A DNA stretch of 64,000 nt, from the NCBI RefSeq assembly GCF_037042905.1, contig NC_087246.1, positions 13,578,001 to 13,642,000 on the forward strand, read 5' to 3'. The stretch comes from Lytechinus pictus. Its lineage: Eukaryota. The first letter of the stretch is position 1. Every line of letters starts with the position of its first letter. The notes under the pieces were generated by a model. It was given only the letters and a program-made list of their open reading frames with translations, made no database searches and had not been told where the DNA came from. A program made the position numbers and the translations under genes. Positions 38,136-49,325 of the stretch are shown piece after piece.

Positions 38136-41100
38136 ATCTATATATATATATACATATAGGCATATGTGTGTGTGTGTGTTTGAGTCTGTTTGTTTTGTGT
38201 GATCGAGCGCCTTTGGAAAGTTGAGTCATGATTTTGCCCCCCCAATCTGAAAAATGGATCGACGCCCCTGACTCATACATTACAGTCCCACGAACTCCGG
38301 CACGAACTTCTTGTTTCCCGAAGGACATCAGCGTCTAGAAATTAAACAATACCTGTGTCATACAACTTACACTGTTCTAAGTTCTCTCTGACAATCAAGG
38401 ATTTGTCCAAAGGAAGAATTTGATGACTGGTCTTCTAAATGTGAGCTTTTTATGTAAAGAAGAACAATTCGTTACTAAATTAGTATTGTCAGTTCTGCTA
38501 AGTATGGAATATCATATCTTGTGTTATCGAGAATATTATTTTTAAGAAGTTTTAAGAGCACTTTAAATATCAGGTATATGCTTTAATTTTGTACATTATG
38601 TAATAAATGAGTTCTTGAATGTTGGATCATAATAAATTATTCACAATAACATATATTCCACATGTTCACATAGCAACCATCATGACCATTGATCATTTTT
38701 ACATTACATGATAAATATTCTAAAATATTTGGTACGATGAATTACAAACGAAACAGTGAGTGCGAGACATCATCTGCTCCCCCATTTCCTTACTACCTGC
38801 GTAACTTTTTCGGCGAAATTTACCAAAACTTAAATAAATTTTCAGGTATAGGCTTCTTGTTTTTAACTTCTCATTAAAATTGAATCGACCTTTTAGTCCA
38901 CTGTAGGTCTGTCGCAAACATAGCAAAGAAAGGGTTTAATGTTATCATTATCATGACATGGATAAATTTATACAAAACAATCATTGACTAAATATCATAC
39001 TTACAGACAACGTAAAATAAATGGTCCACCTCCACCGTTCCTGTGTTCATACTGATAGCAGTGACCTATATGTAAAGTAAAGTTAATTATTCGCTCTTGA
39101 CTAGGACTGATGTTCATCGACAATGACAGTGATCACTCTCAAATAGTTTTATGATCTGTTGGTATCAAGGACTTTAATGACAGCACATTCTTTTCTATCT
39201 ACGTTATTGATAAATGAATTCTAATCAATGTACTGGTTATCATATTAACGTAAGGAGCACAAGCAACGCAGTATTTATCCTTACCTGATATTGGTTCAAG
39301 ATATCGGCATCCGTATCCTTGAATAAAAAAAAACAGAAGTTAAAACAATATTGTATAATCATACAATTTTTATCCAAGTTTGAACTAGTAACCAACATCA
39401 AGCATCAAACTTTGATATGTCTCATATAAGAATTAATTTGTATCAGATATAAAATTCATAACATAATTCCCAAGGATACCAATAATTTTTTTGATTACAT
39501 GCTTAGTACTTATATTTTGTGCCTGTACATATTATTTGTTACTGTATCATATCTTGTTCATTACTTGCCTAATATTTTCATTATTAATATTATTTGTTGT
39601 TATTTTATTAACAGGGCCACATGGAAGACCACCAAATTGGTGATATGTGCCACCATGTATAAATATTAGAAATGAATAAAATGAATAAATAAAAAATACA
39701 TTTTTTCAATAAGCATTCTTTTTGCTCAAAGATAGGCAACTCAAAATTGAGATTATACTTTTACATATAGTTAAGGTATCTAAGTATGACCCACATTACG
39801 GTGTTCAACTTCTTAGACATGAAAACTAAATACAAACAATCAATGGCTCCATACCCTGGATTTGATGGTGGCACAAGCCGGCCACGCAAACGTCTCCTGC
39901 AATGAAAATACCAATGAAAATATAATGTCAGTACATTGCACTCTTTAAAAAACAACAACTAATTATAAATCAAATCACCAAAGTTGCGAACGACAAATGA
40001 CGGTTAAGGATATGCACGTCTATGAATAGAAAACACCATCTTTGGCTTACAGCGAGGAATGTGAGAAGCTGCGACTGCAGAATGAAATAAAACATTAAGG
40101 GATGATCACACCTCACCGGTTTGGATGGCGATTCAGTGACGGTTCGATATTTCCCCGTGCTTCATCAAAGACTGTGCTATAACACTGTACATAAACCCTG
40201 GTTATCCGTCACGCAACCGTCATAAACAAGGAGAATCGTGGGGAATCGCTCACATTTTTCGTGGTATTGGCCGATCCTGACGATGTAAATACGGTAAAAA
40301 CACAGAGCTGGTGGAGTTAACACGGATGCATCACGGCCCCATGACTACTTGACTGCGGTTGATGCGGAGAAGAGTGTGGAAGCTGCAGCTGGAATCCGCC
40401 GCCTTTCGGGGTGATTGGTGTTTCGACCGCCAAATCTGCGATAATGTCGTGTTGGAAATTTGTTGGGAACCTATAGCATTTAAGTATTTTTTGCCATCTT
40501 TGGGACATTTTTTCACAAAGGTTTCAGAGCAGCCATAAATCCCATCTAAACCGGTTAGTGATCGCCCTCTCCTACAGAAGGACCATAAAGATAAGCGACA
40601 GTAAGGATGACACAACGATCATAATAATTATTTTTGGGCCTACCACGTGTTGAGGATCATGGTCTTACACAAAACGGCGCCGAAAGGACAGAAGATTAAC
40701 ATTTTGGCAACGAACTGGCTAGCGTCACAAAGTGGCGCTGTAACACATTATACAATGGCAAGCATAATTGCGATACGTACCTCCGGAACACATGACTCGA
40801 GAAGCTTCGGACACATTGCATTCATTTTCAGATCCGATACCTACGCCAGGGCAATCGAACAGTCTGGATTCATTTCCCGTGCATTCTACACGGTCGAGTG
40901 TAACACCGTCATGACTGCCATCAGGAATATGGTATACGGGAACGTGAAGTGCTCTTCCTAATTCCAGACTTCTGCAGACAACATCAGCGTTATTTCTATC
41001 CAAGAAGCTTACACAGACTGATCTATGCTGACCGTTATAGTAGTACATGACAACACCGTCCAGAGAGCTGCTTCCGTCTGTGAGATATATGATCTCGTCT

Positions 41101-44100
41101 ATGACGCAGGAAACAAAGGCACATGGTAAATAAAATATCTGTGCTGAATAGAAAATACATGTAATTTACCAGAATCGTCACTTTAATACATTAATTGTCG
41201 AATCATACCGTAACTGAGCATGGACCAGTCTCGGCCACGGAGGATTATCTATTGTTACTGGCCCAGTAACAATGCTGAGACAATGCTCAGCACCCCCAGT
41301 AACAATAGAATAATCTTCCGTGGACAGGTCCGTGTAAAAAAAACTGAGGCTTAATTGTGTATCAAGATCATAAATCCTTTTCCATGTAAGAATACTTTCC
41401 GTGGATTTTCTATACTTTTCACGGAACCAAGGCTTTACCACTCAGTTAAAAATATAATTGGTAAAAGCTGAAAAATATTGATAAACTCAAAGCAAAGTTA
41501 AGGCATATACTGTATACATTTGGCTTTCATGAGACGGGTATTATAGATTGTTGACCAAGAATTGTATAAAGAGAACTTGGATAAGCGTAAACATGGTTAA
41601 AAAAATATAGGTTTGGACCAAACTTTGCACGCTGTCATTAACATTCTTCGGCCTAAGGTTCGGGTATTGTTGGCCTGAAAATGTGAGATTTTAAGGCAAA
41701 GGATTATGAATTATTCAGTGCTATACACAGTGGCGCAACTTCAGGGGCACCTGCCCCCCCCCCCCCCAAAGAAAAAAGGGGGAAGGAAAAAGGAGGGAGA
41801 AAGAAAGATAAACGTAGTGAAAGAAATAACAATATTTTTTTTCATAATTTCATGAAACATAATTTGCTTAGGGCCTATGTTTACATCACCCCTGGTGCTC
41901 GCATTGTTTGTTTAATGAGATAAATAATCACTTTCAAGAAAGAATAAATGGCACTAGACCATCCCGTTTTCAAGTCAATATAGAACTTTCCTCGCACTTT
42001 TAGTTTTTATTTTATTGAATGGCACAAGCTTCTTTTCATGACTACTTAGAGGGATTGCCACCTTTTAAAGGTCTAAATAAAAAAAGCACTTTCAGTCCGC
42101 ACTTCCAGTTCGCATTAGTGGATTAATGACATATACATGTTCTTCATTAATTTCTAAAAACAAATAATACTCTTGTCTAGTTTTGATATCACGAATTTCA
42201 GCTCGACCTTCGCGCTCGCATCAGAGGGAAGCCCTTTGAAAGACAAAAAAAATGCAAGGTCTTACAGCAGTCTTCAAGATCACTGAAATTTGTCATCTCT
42301 GTGGAGTGGCTCAGAAAGACTCCTCAAAGTACTCTGAAAGACTTATTGATTACTGGACTTAGACAAGTCTTATATAAATCTTTCAGAGATATTTTATGTA
42401 ACAAGTGATCTATCAGAATTCTTTTCATGGACTCTCCCTGGTCTTTCAATGATCTTTCAATGATCTCTCATGAGACAGTGATCTCCAGAAAAATCTTGAG
42501 AGACTGTCGAAAGTTCATGGAAAGACTAGTAAGGACTTTGAAAGTTCATAGAAAGACAGCTGAAAGACTGCCAGCAGCTGAAAGACCACCAAATGACAAT
42601 TTTCCTGAAAGACCCTTCAGGAATCGTGAAAGAATTCGGAGATCTTTGAAAGTTGATTGAAAGACCTTTGAAACGTTAAGCAAGTTTCATGGTCTTATAG
42701 CAGTCTTTCAGAAGTCTTGCTCTCTGTGGAATGGGGGTTTAAGTGAGATATGTATGGTCTTAATGAATTCCTACAAGCAAACCTTAGATTGCCCCTCTTC
42801 AGATCTGATTATCAAAAAATTTCAGCTCGCGCTTCGCACTCGCAATATTTCATTAGTTCGATACGTATTACATTCATCATTACAAAAAGTGCTTCATGTA
42901 TTGAGGTGTAATTCTAACACAAAAAACAGCTCTCGCTAGGCGCTTACACTAGTTGATTATGGTGAGATATGTATGACTTTCATGAATTCCTTAAAAAAAT
43001 ATAGCTCTTAAAATGTCCCTTTGTGGGATCAATATTTACCAAAATTTTAGCTGGCGTTTCGTACTCGTATAATCATTTTAGTAAGCTATGTACGTAGCAT
43101 GATTACAAGAATTGGATTATAATGAGTTACGCAGCTTTTTCTTTATTAAAAAAGTGCTTAAATTATCCAGTTTCATATCAGAATATCCACAATTTTTTTT
43201 GGCTAGCGCTTCGAGCTCGCATTATTCATGTAGGAAGATACCCATTCTTTTCATTATAACAAAATATGAATAGAGTGTATCATTTTTAGGTCAGAATATT
43301 AAACATTTTCCGCTCGTGATCGTGTTCTTTGATTAGTGGCACATTCTTTATGTTTTAGGACATTGAGGTTATTGAGCGCATCATAGTCATCATCTCAAAA
43401 GATCACCCACCAACCAATAAAATAACTGTCTTTACCTAATCACGTGCAATTGTATATATTAATTATTCTTATTAAATAATTTACTACCATTTAGTTATTT
43501 ACCATGTGTTGAGCACTGAACGCCGGCACCATCGTTAAAATAGCAGGAGTCGAACGTTTCATATTTTGAACCTGGACAATCGAATATGTTGTTCTCCCTT
43601 CCCGTGCATTGTGCATCAAGCAAATGTATGATATTTATTCCATATCCAAATTCAGGTATATCGAATGCCTTTAAAGCACCTGCAAATCCTAAACTTTTAC
43701 AAATGACGTGTGCGTTATTAAGGGTCCAATCACGGCCACATGTTGTTCCCCAAGATGACCGTGCAAAGACTTCCACTCTTCCTTCACTGATATTTCTACC
43801 GCCAACAAGACGAACTGTAGTGGAATGAAAAATGTAAACGATTCACATCTTCTGGTTTATCAGTGTAGACTATTCTTATCTTATTGAACATGGCAAGGTA
43901 CATTGCATAATTGGTTCTTTTTTCAATAGTGATGAAGACCGTTACCAAGTCAAAATGACGAACAGAAATGAAAATATATTAATGGGAGTACATGCAATAC
44001 GAAGTTACGAACACATCCCCGACTGTAACCCAAAAGTCCCACAACGCACGCGCGCACACACACACACACGGGCACTTTTGTTTAAACAACACGTGCAGAC

Positions 44101-47100
44101 GTTGATATCAATAATGTTTCATGCATTTTCATTTATACTTATGGATATCATAAAAGAATACTGTAACAATGTACGCCTTTTCGAAGGTGCCGTAACCGGG
44201 AATATATATATCGCTGCACATCCATCTCCGATCCTGTTTTGGTTTTGCACAATTGATTTAAAATTATGAATATCACTGAAGTTTCTTAATCATACAAAAG
44301 GAAGCGCTTTATATTGAGCAAAATTTCACATTTTTTTCTTCAAAAATAAGTCACAGAAGTATCCGTGCTTCGCATGCATGGGAAAGGAAAAGTCCCTCTT
44401 CTAGCTTTTATCATCCCTTAAGCCTTTCACATTTTGAGCTATATTTTTCTTCCTATTATCTAAGAAATATCAAATTTAGAGCAGGTTAAAGTTTCAGAGA
44501 ATATACAATTCAGAACTTGCCATTCGCGGGAAGAGATCCCTGCATGTATTAGCTTTTTACAGTCTGTTTTGCGAGTTACAGAAATTCAATGTGGCTAAAT
44601 ATTTTACAATCAAATCTGATGTGACTAAGGTAGGTATTTTATATCACTTTCGTTCAAATTCTTTTAAATAAAACGTCTTAGCTTTCGCGCTTCGCGCGGT
44701 AAGAGGATATTTTGAATTCCTAAATCTTTTCCCATTTTGTAGGCGCTCATCTTTTCTTTTGAAAACAGGTTTTGTTTTTAATCACAGCAAGTCAATTGAA
44801 TTCGTGTTGATAAGGGTATTATAGGGACGCAAGAGACGCCTTATTTTAATTGTAATTTGATGAGATATCTAAAATTCGCAGTCCGCGCGGGAGGGGGAAA
44901 CTCCCCCTCCCTGCACCCTACCCCCTAGGGAGCGCGCTTCGCGCGCTCTCTAAGTGTTGGCACGCTTCGCGTGCACTTACCGCCCCCTCCAAAATTAAAT
45001 CCTGGCTACGCGGTTGATTGATTCATGTAACCTTCCCCGGCTTATGCTTTATCTTACATGACAGAGTGAAGTGCATCACACATTGGTGATTTAATTTCAT
45101 TTATTTTTTCCACGTTGCACAGCATGATGGATGTTGCTTCCAGAAAAAAAACCGGTGAAGTGTGTTACGAACACACATGAAATGGGATGATACATTCAGC
45201 CACAATTTCAAGTAATTAGGGAGTTTTCGCAATTATAACGCAGAAAATCTTTAGTCGAAGCCCTTCATTGAAAAAAAAAAACCGTTGTCGAAAATCGGTG
45301 AATCAAAACAGCAGTGTCGACCAGGACTCTGGGCAAACGACATATTTGCAATTTTCGTCCAGTCCGAATCTTCGGATCTGCTGTCCCGATCCAACTTTCG
45401 ACAAAAACATATTAGCTGTCCATTCTTATTTGACTTGCATTTTCAAAGGACATGATACATTGTAGAAAGAGTCTGCATAGTTATTGCGAAAATTCCATCT
45501 TGATGCAAGTACCAATACAACACAATTGCAACTTACTGCCATTAGAACACCGGACCATTGCAAATTGGGTCGAATTGCACGGTTGCGGATTATACCACGG
45601 ACATTCTAGTATACTCGATTCATTTCCTCTGCAATGAATACCATCTATGATATATTCCTCGGCCAGTCTCTTGATATTGCTAGCATCATTCGGATGTTGG
45701 TCAGTATCGAGAGCCCGACCTATACCTAGGTATTTACAGACGACACGTCCGTCGTTGATGTCCCAGTGGTCATTGCAAACTGGTATCCATGAGTCATTAT
45801 AAAACACCTCTACTACACCAGCCCAAGGGTATTGGCCACCAGTCAGACGAACTATAAAGTGTAATTGAAACAACATTGATTTAATGGTAGCACGTAAAGT
45901 GGCAATGGGGTATAATTTTGATTACATATAGGGATTCCATTAATAATTTTTCTCCAATTACAGTGGATACGGAACTGATGTTGCAGACCGCCCGCCTTTT
46001 TATGTCGCAATGTTTTTTTTTTTAATGGACATGTGATTCAGAGGTTTTATGTCAGTCGAACCGACATACATAGGCGTATATGCCAATAAGGCAGATTACC
46101 ACTTTTAAGTATTTAATTCCGTGACATAGGATAAACGTATTTTAGTATTTTGAATGGTTTATTAATGATACAGCTCTTTTTGCTGACAATGTAGTACGTA
46201 ACATTTCCTGATTAGGTAAACAAAACTTATTTGACTACTCAAAAATTTATTGAAACAATATTCACTTTTACCGCTTGATCCCTGATAGTTCCCACAGAGC
46301 ATGCTAAGAGGGTCTCAATGAAAATGTCGAGAAAAATAACTTTCATGGCCCCCTAGTTCCTATCATTCAAAGAAAATTTGGTAATATCAGGAGCTTACTT
46401 GTAAAATTTGTGCATGATGCTGACGCCTTGTATGGAATTCGGCACTCTTTCGGTGCGTTGGTACGGCTGTAGTTGCACTCTGCGAACGAGGACTCGTAGC
46501 CCAAGCATCCCATGTCAAACAAAACATTAGATGAAGCTGGTTTATAATCGTCAACGTTGGTCGTGTGAAATGAGCCGCTGAATCCCAGACATCTGCAAGC
46601 TACATCTGCATCACGCCTATCCCAATTTGAGAAACAGATATCTCCCCATGACCCGTTCAGAAACACCTGTACTATTCCTGAAGAAGGCAACACATTCTCA
46701 TAGCGATCGACAAGACGCACTGCCCATTCTGTAAGGAAAGTATATAACAATGATAATTGTAATGATATTACTCAAGCTTATTATGGTATTATGGTATTAT
46801 GGTATTATGTCTTGTTCTTCCTACCCACCAAATTTATTAGTCATAGCAATATCTAGTCTTATTTTACAGTTTCCTACTTATTTCTTTATCAGGTGTCTCA
46901 TGAAAAATAGACAAACCTGACAATCGAGCTGTCATCCAGTTCCCGCAGCTGGAAGTCATGAGACCAGCTGAGACTTGGCACTCTTTGTGGGTAACCCATC
47001 CAATTTCTTGGAACGATTTGTGACTATAGGATAAGAATGGGGTTCATCACTATCAGCATGAGACCAAGGAACATTAAAACAATGGAAGCATCCCGTGTCA

Positions 47101-47830
47101 TCAATCTCAAAGAAGGCAAACTGTCAATTTTTTCATTAGACACTGTGATACAGGAACCTGCAATATCAGATTAGATCAGATTGCTTAGATATTGCTATGA
47201 CCAAGAAATCTGGTGGGTAGGATTAAGAAATGTGAATGGATGAAATTTGGTCTTTATGTCTTAATTCGTTCTACATGACATGTTCTATGATGTTAGGCTC
47301 AAAACCTTTCAGTCGGCTATCGTACAATCAAACTAAAAGTAATTCGCTTTAAGTTTGTATTATCATGATAATAGCTAAACATTATTTTCTTCTGCATAGA
47401 ATTGCTTTTCATTTCATTCTGTTCCTCTCGTCTGTATAATATACCATAAGACATTCTCGTAATAAGGTCTCATTAAATAGAAATATAATAAATAAAAAAA
47501 AATCACAGTATAAAAAATAGCACGTTGTTTAACCCGGGGTTTAACCCTGTCACGATAACAACAACAAGTTGTTTAATTTGAAAATGTTTTAAACTTTAAC
47601 TAGTTTACAAAGTTTAAACAGTTGCTTAAAAGGTAGTTGTTAGAGTGACGGGCCCTATGTTTTAAACAGCGTTCTTTGCGTCAGATGTCACCCCTAAACG
47701 GAACAATAAACTCACCATCGGCGACATTTCGATGAGGCAAGAAGAGAGACGCATGTTTTCCACATGTTAAGAATATTAATATGTAAACCAAATGACACCA
47801 ACAAATTACATTTGATTTGTAGGAATCCAT
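27216..47830 (-). CDS. Gene A: complete multi-exon SRCR(x4)-LRR(x10)-7TM receptor of the LGR/GRL101-like class A GPCR type, 1138 aa
   Basis: 19 GT-AG exons join in frame: 47830-47716, 46728-46399, 45851-45537, 43814-43503, 41098-40781, 39317-39285, 39065-39005, 38445-38371, 37282-37211, 36455-36384, 35267-35196, 33149-33078, 32328-32263, 31372-31304, 30537-30469, 30053-29982, 29271-29200, 28747-28676, 28365-27216. Total 3417 nt, divisible by 3. Introns are phase 1 around the SRCR exons and phase 2 between the LRR exons. Exon lengths are mirrored in paralog B. Confidence 0.88.
28676..28747 (-). CDS. Gene A LRR exon 10
   Basis: 72 nt: IFMVDLQLHSIKRNVLTGLTSLKA. Confidence 0.85.
29200..29271 (-). 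CDS. Gene A LRR exon 9
   Basis: 72 nt: LDISNNPIVQIDPGVFLNTAHLEF. Confidence 0.9.
29982..30053 (-). CDS. Gene A LRR exon 8
   Basis: 72 nt: LNISSNDIRHLAKEDFRDLSTLYF. Confidence 0.9.
30469..30537 (-). CDS. Gene A LRR exon 7
   Basis: 69 nt: LWLQVNNLVSLDGILDGLDELEN. Confidence 0.88.
31304..31372 (-). CDS. Gene A LRR exon 6
   Basis: 69 nt: LHIMDNRIRLIENRSLYGMGLYQ. Confidence 0.82.
32029..32178. mobile_element. Short MITE
   Basis: GGGGGTGTTT / AAACACCCCC inverted ends with further imperfect pairing. Confidence 0.45.
32263..32328 (-). CDS. Gene A LRR exon 5
   Basis: 66 nt: IYLNDNNITTITEDVFDGTINL; matched by a 66-nt exon in gene B. Confidence 0.88.
33078..33149 (-). CDS. Gene A LRR exon 4
   Basis: 72 nt: MSLEYNKIEEIHNGAFHGLPSLKN; GTTAG donor. 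Confidence 0.88.
35196..35267 (-). CDS. Gene A LRR exon 3
   Basis: 72 nt: IDLSFNKITVISAGIFANLPMLTT. Confidence 0.9.
36384..36455 (-). CDS. Gene A LRR exon 2
   Basis: 72 nt: LFLDSNMIESVPDGIFEGLDNLEF. Confidence 0.9.
37211..37282 (-). CDS. Gene A LRR exon 1
   Basis: 72 nt, phase 2/2: VRLSSSNITLLAQEVFSELKSLKYL. Confidence 0.88.
37612..38270. mobile_element. Non-autonomous hAT-type DNA transposon in a gene A intron
   Basis: TIRs CAGAGGCGTCGATC / GATCGACGCCCCTG and a perfect 8-bp TSD ACTCATAC (37604-37611 and 38271-38278). Confidence 0.88.
38371..39317 (-). CDS. Gene A three small Cys-containing linker/LRR-cap exons (39317-39285, 39065-39005, 38445-38371)
   Basis: GYGCRYLEPIS / GHCYQYEHRNGGGGPFILRCL / SHLEDQSSNSSFGQILDCQRELRTV. 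The 61-nt and 75-nt exons have equal-length homologs in gene B (GKCFQY...LKC; LGQILKCQ). Confidence 0.8.
40098..40568. mobile_element. Harbinger-like MITE in a gene A intron
   Basis: Imperfect TIRs AGGGATGATCAC...ACCGGTTTGGATGG / CCATCTAAACCGGT..GTGATCGCCCT. Confidence 0.5.
40781..41098 (-). CDS. Gene A SRCR domain 4 exon (divergent)
   Basis: DEIIYLTDGSSSLDGVVMYYYNGQHRSVC...VVCRSL...LDRVECTGNESRLFDCPG...C...VMCS; 318 nt. Confidence 0.9.
43503..43814 (-). CDS. Gene A SRCR domain 3 exon
   Basis: RLVGGRNISEGRVEVFARSSWGTTCGRDWTLNNAHVICKSLGF...CTGRENNIFDC...C..NDGAGVQCS; 312 nt. Confidence 0.92.
45537..45851 (-). CDS. Gene A SRCR domain 2 exon
   Basis: RLTGGQYPWAGVVEVFYNDSWIPVCNDHWDINDGRVVCKYLG...CRGNESSILEC...C...VRCS; 315 nt, phase 1/1. 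Confidence 0.92.
46399..46728 (-). CDS. Gene A SRCR domain 1 exon
   Basis: VRLVD...GIVQVFLNGSWGDIC...W...DADVACRCLGF...C...ES...C...C...ASASC; CAG acceptor, GTAAG donor; 330 nt. Confidence 0.92.
47716..47830 (-). CDS. Gene A coding exon 1, signal-peptide-like
   Basis: Encodes MDSYKSNVICWCHLVYILIFLTCGKHASLFLPHRNVAD followed by a phase-1 GTGAG donor. 115 nt, the same length as gene B exon 1. Confidence 0.8.
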
Positions 47831-48954
47831 TCATAGCGTTCATTTAGACCTGATGTCTTGATGTAGGATCTTCACTAGCGGAATTTCAATATGATGTTTA
47901 AAAGAAATTTACTATGTGCATGCATATAAACGCTTTTCTTACAACAACCAACTTTCATAAAACGATGATGGTTGATGCAACAATGAGTGCGATCCAAGAA
48001 AAGGTTCGCTTGTGAATTGACATTGATTAAATTAAATAATACTGTTCAACTGCGCGTTCGCGCCGAAATATGGCACGCACATTTTTACCACATGCCTAAA
48101 ACCTCCCCCTCTCTCTCTCAATGTTTTCTTCGATAACAATCTACGACGTTATTAACTCATTCTACAATATGGCATTCTGACCGCAAAGTTCCCTTCAGAT
48201 TGAACTTTTTAAAGTAACTTTTTTTTTAAATCCAAAACTCATCTACGCTTGTCGATATTAGGTTACGTTAATGTATTCAACTGAAAAGATGTGATGGTAA
48301 TAGATTCACGTACAAGTAAAGTTGTAGGCATCCACAAATTTTCTTCAACTAAATTCAGAATCATTTATTTGGTTCTCTGAAGAAAAAAAACACTGGAAAG
48401 ACAAATGAGATAGAAATTGGGAGCAAAAGGAAGAGTAATTTAAAATTATGGCAGACTTTTTTTTTTGTTAGAGATATCTCTTCTTCTCGAGATGGAAATG
48501 TAAACAAATAATATACAGAAGGACAACTTTCATCCCATCACATCCCGTCCTTGTATATTCTTGTCATACCTGTATAGTTTGGTGTCGCAATATTTGCAAT
48601 CGCTGAAATTGATCGCGTGATGCTTCAAGAATTCTTTATGCTCCGACTAGCGAAATGAATAAACAAAAAGTTGGAAGATAAAACGTACCAAAGGGGGAAA
48701 GTGGTACTCAAGAGGAAACGCGTGCCAAATTGATCTTAGAGACAGTGGATGCAAAATATGTTTGACGTATCTTTAACTGGCCCAGTTCGTGAGGAAGTAA
48801 AGGGAAGCAGTATTTTTAATCAGATCTCCCATTTACCGCTTGAACCTAAACTAACATTGAGCCCATTTGCTGTTCTCTTGTTTTGGTCTGGAGAACAAGA
48901 AGTACATGATGTAATGTAAAAACAAATTTAACTAGAAACGAAAAAAACCTTTCA

Positions 48955-49138
48955 GATTTTGCACTCATCTATCTATCCACCGAATATATATTCATATATA
49001 CATTATAATATAAAGAGAGGGGGAGAGATGGAGGGAGGAGAGAGAGAAAGACCATGCATGCCGTAAAAAATGTAATTTTAAGGATATGGCATAGTTTCGG
49101 ATTTTGCACTTATCTATCTATCCACCGAATATCTACCC

Positions 49139-49204
<66 letters not shown>

Positions 49205-49325
49205 AGAGAGGGGGCAGAGGGGTAGAGATGAAGAGAGAGGGGGATAGGGGAGAGATGGAGAGAGAGAGAGAGAGAGAGAGAAAGACCATGCATGCCGTAA
49301 AAAGTATAATTTTAAGGATATGGCG
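48955..49325. repeat. Tandem duplication with expanded (TA)n and (GA)n microsatellites
   Basis: GATTTTGCACT.ATCTATCTATCCACCGAATAT...GAAAGACCATGCATGCCGTAAAAA...TAATTTTAAGGATATGGC occurs twice. Confidence 0.85.

Noticed and set aside
40051-40074. 24-nt candidate micro-exon of gene A (CAG acceptor, GTAAG donor, VAASHIPR)
   Set aside because: Including it creates TGA at the junction with the next exon and gene B has no counterpart. It could only be a poison exon, and there is no evidence for that.
42427-42660. 77-aa ORF in a gene A intron
   Set aside because: It derives from a degenerate GAAAGAC-repeat element with inverted ends and has no protein motif.
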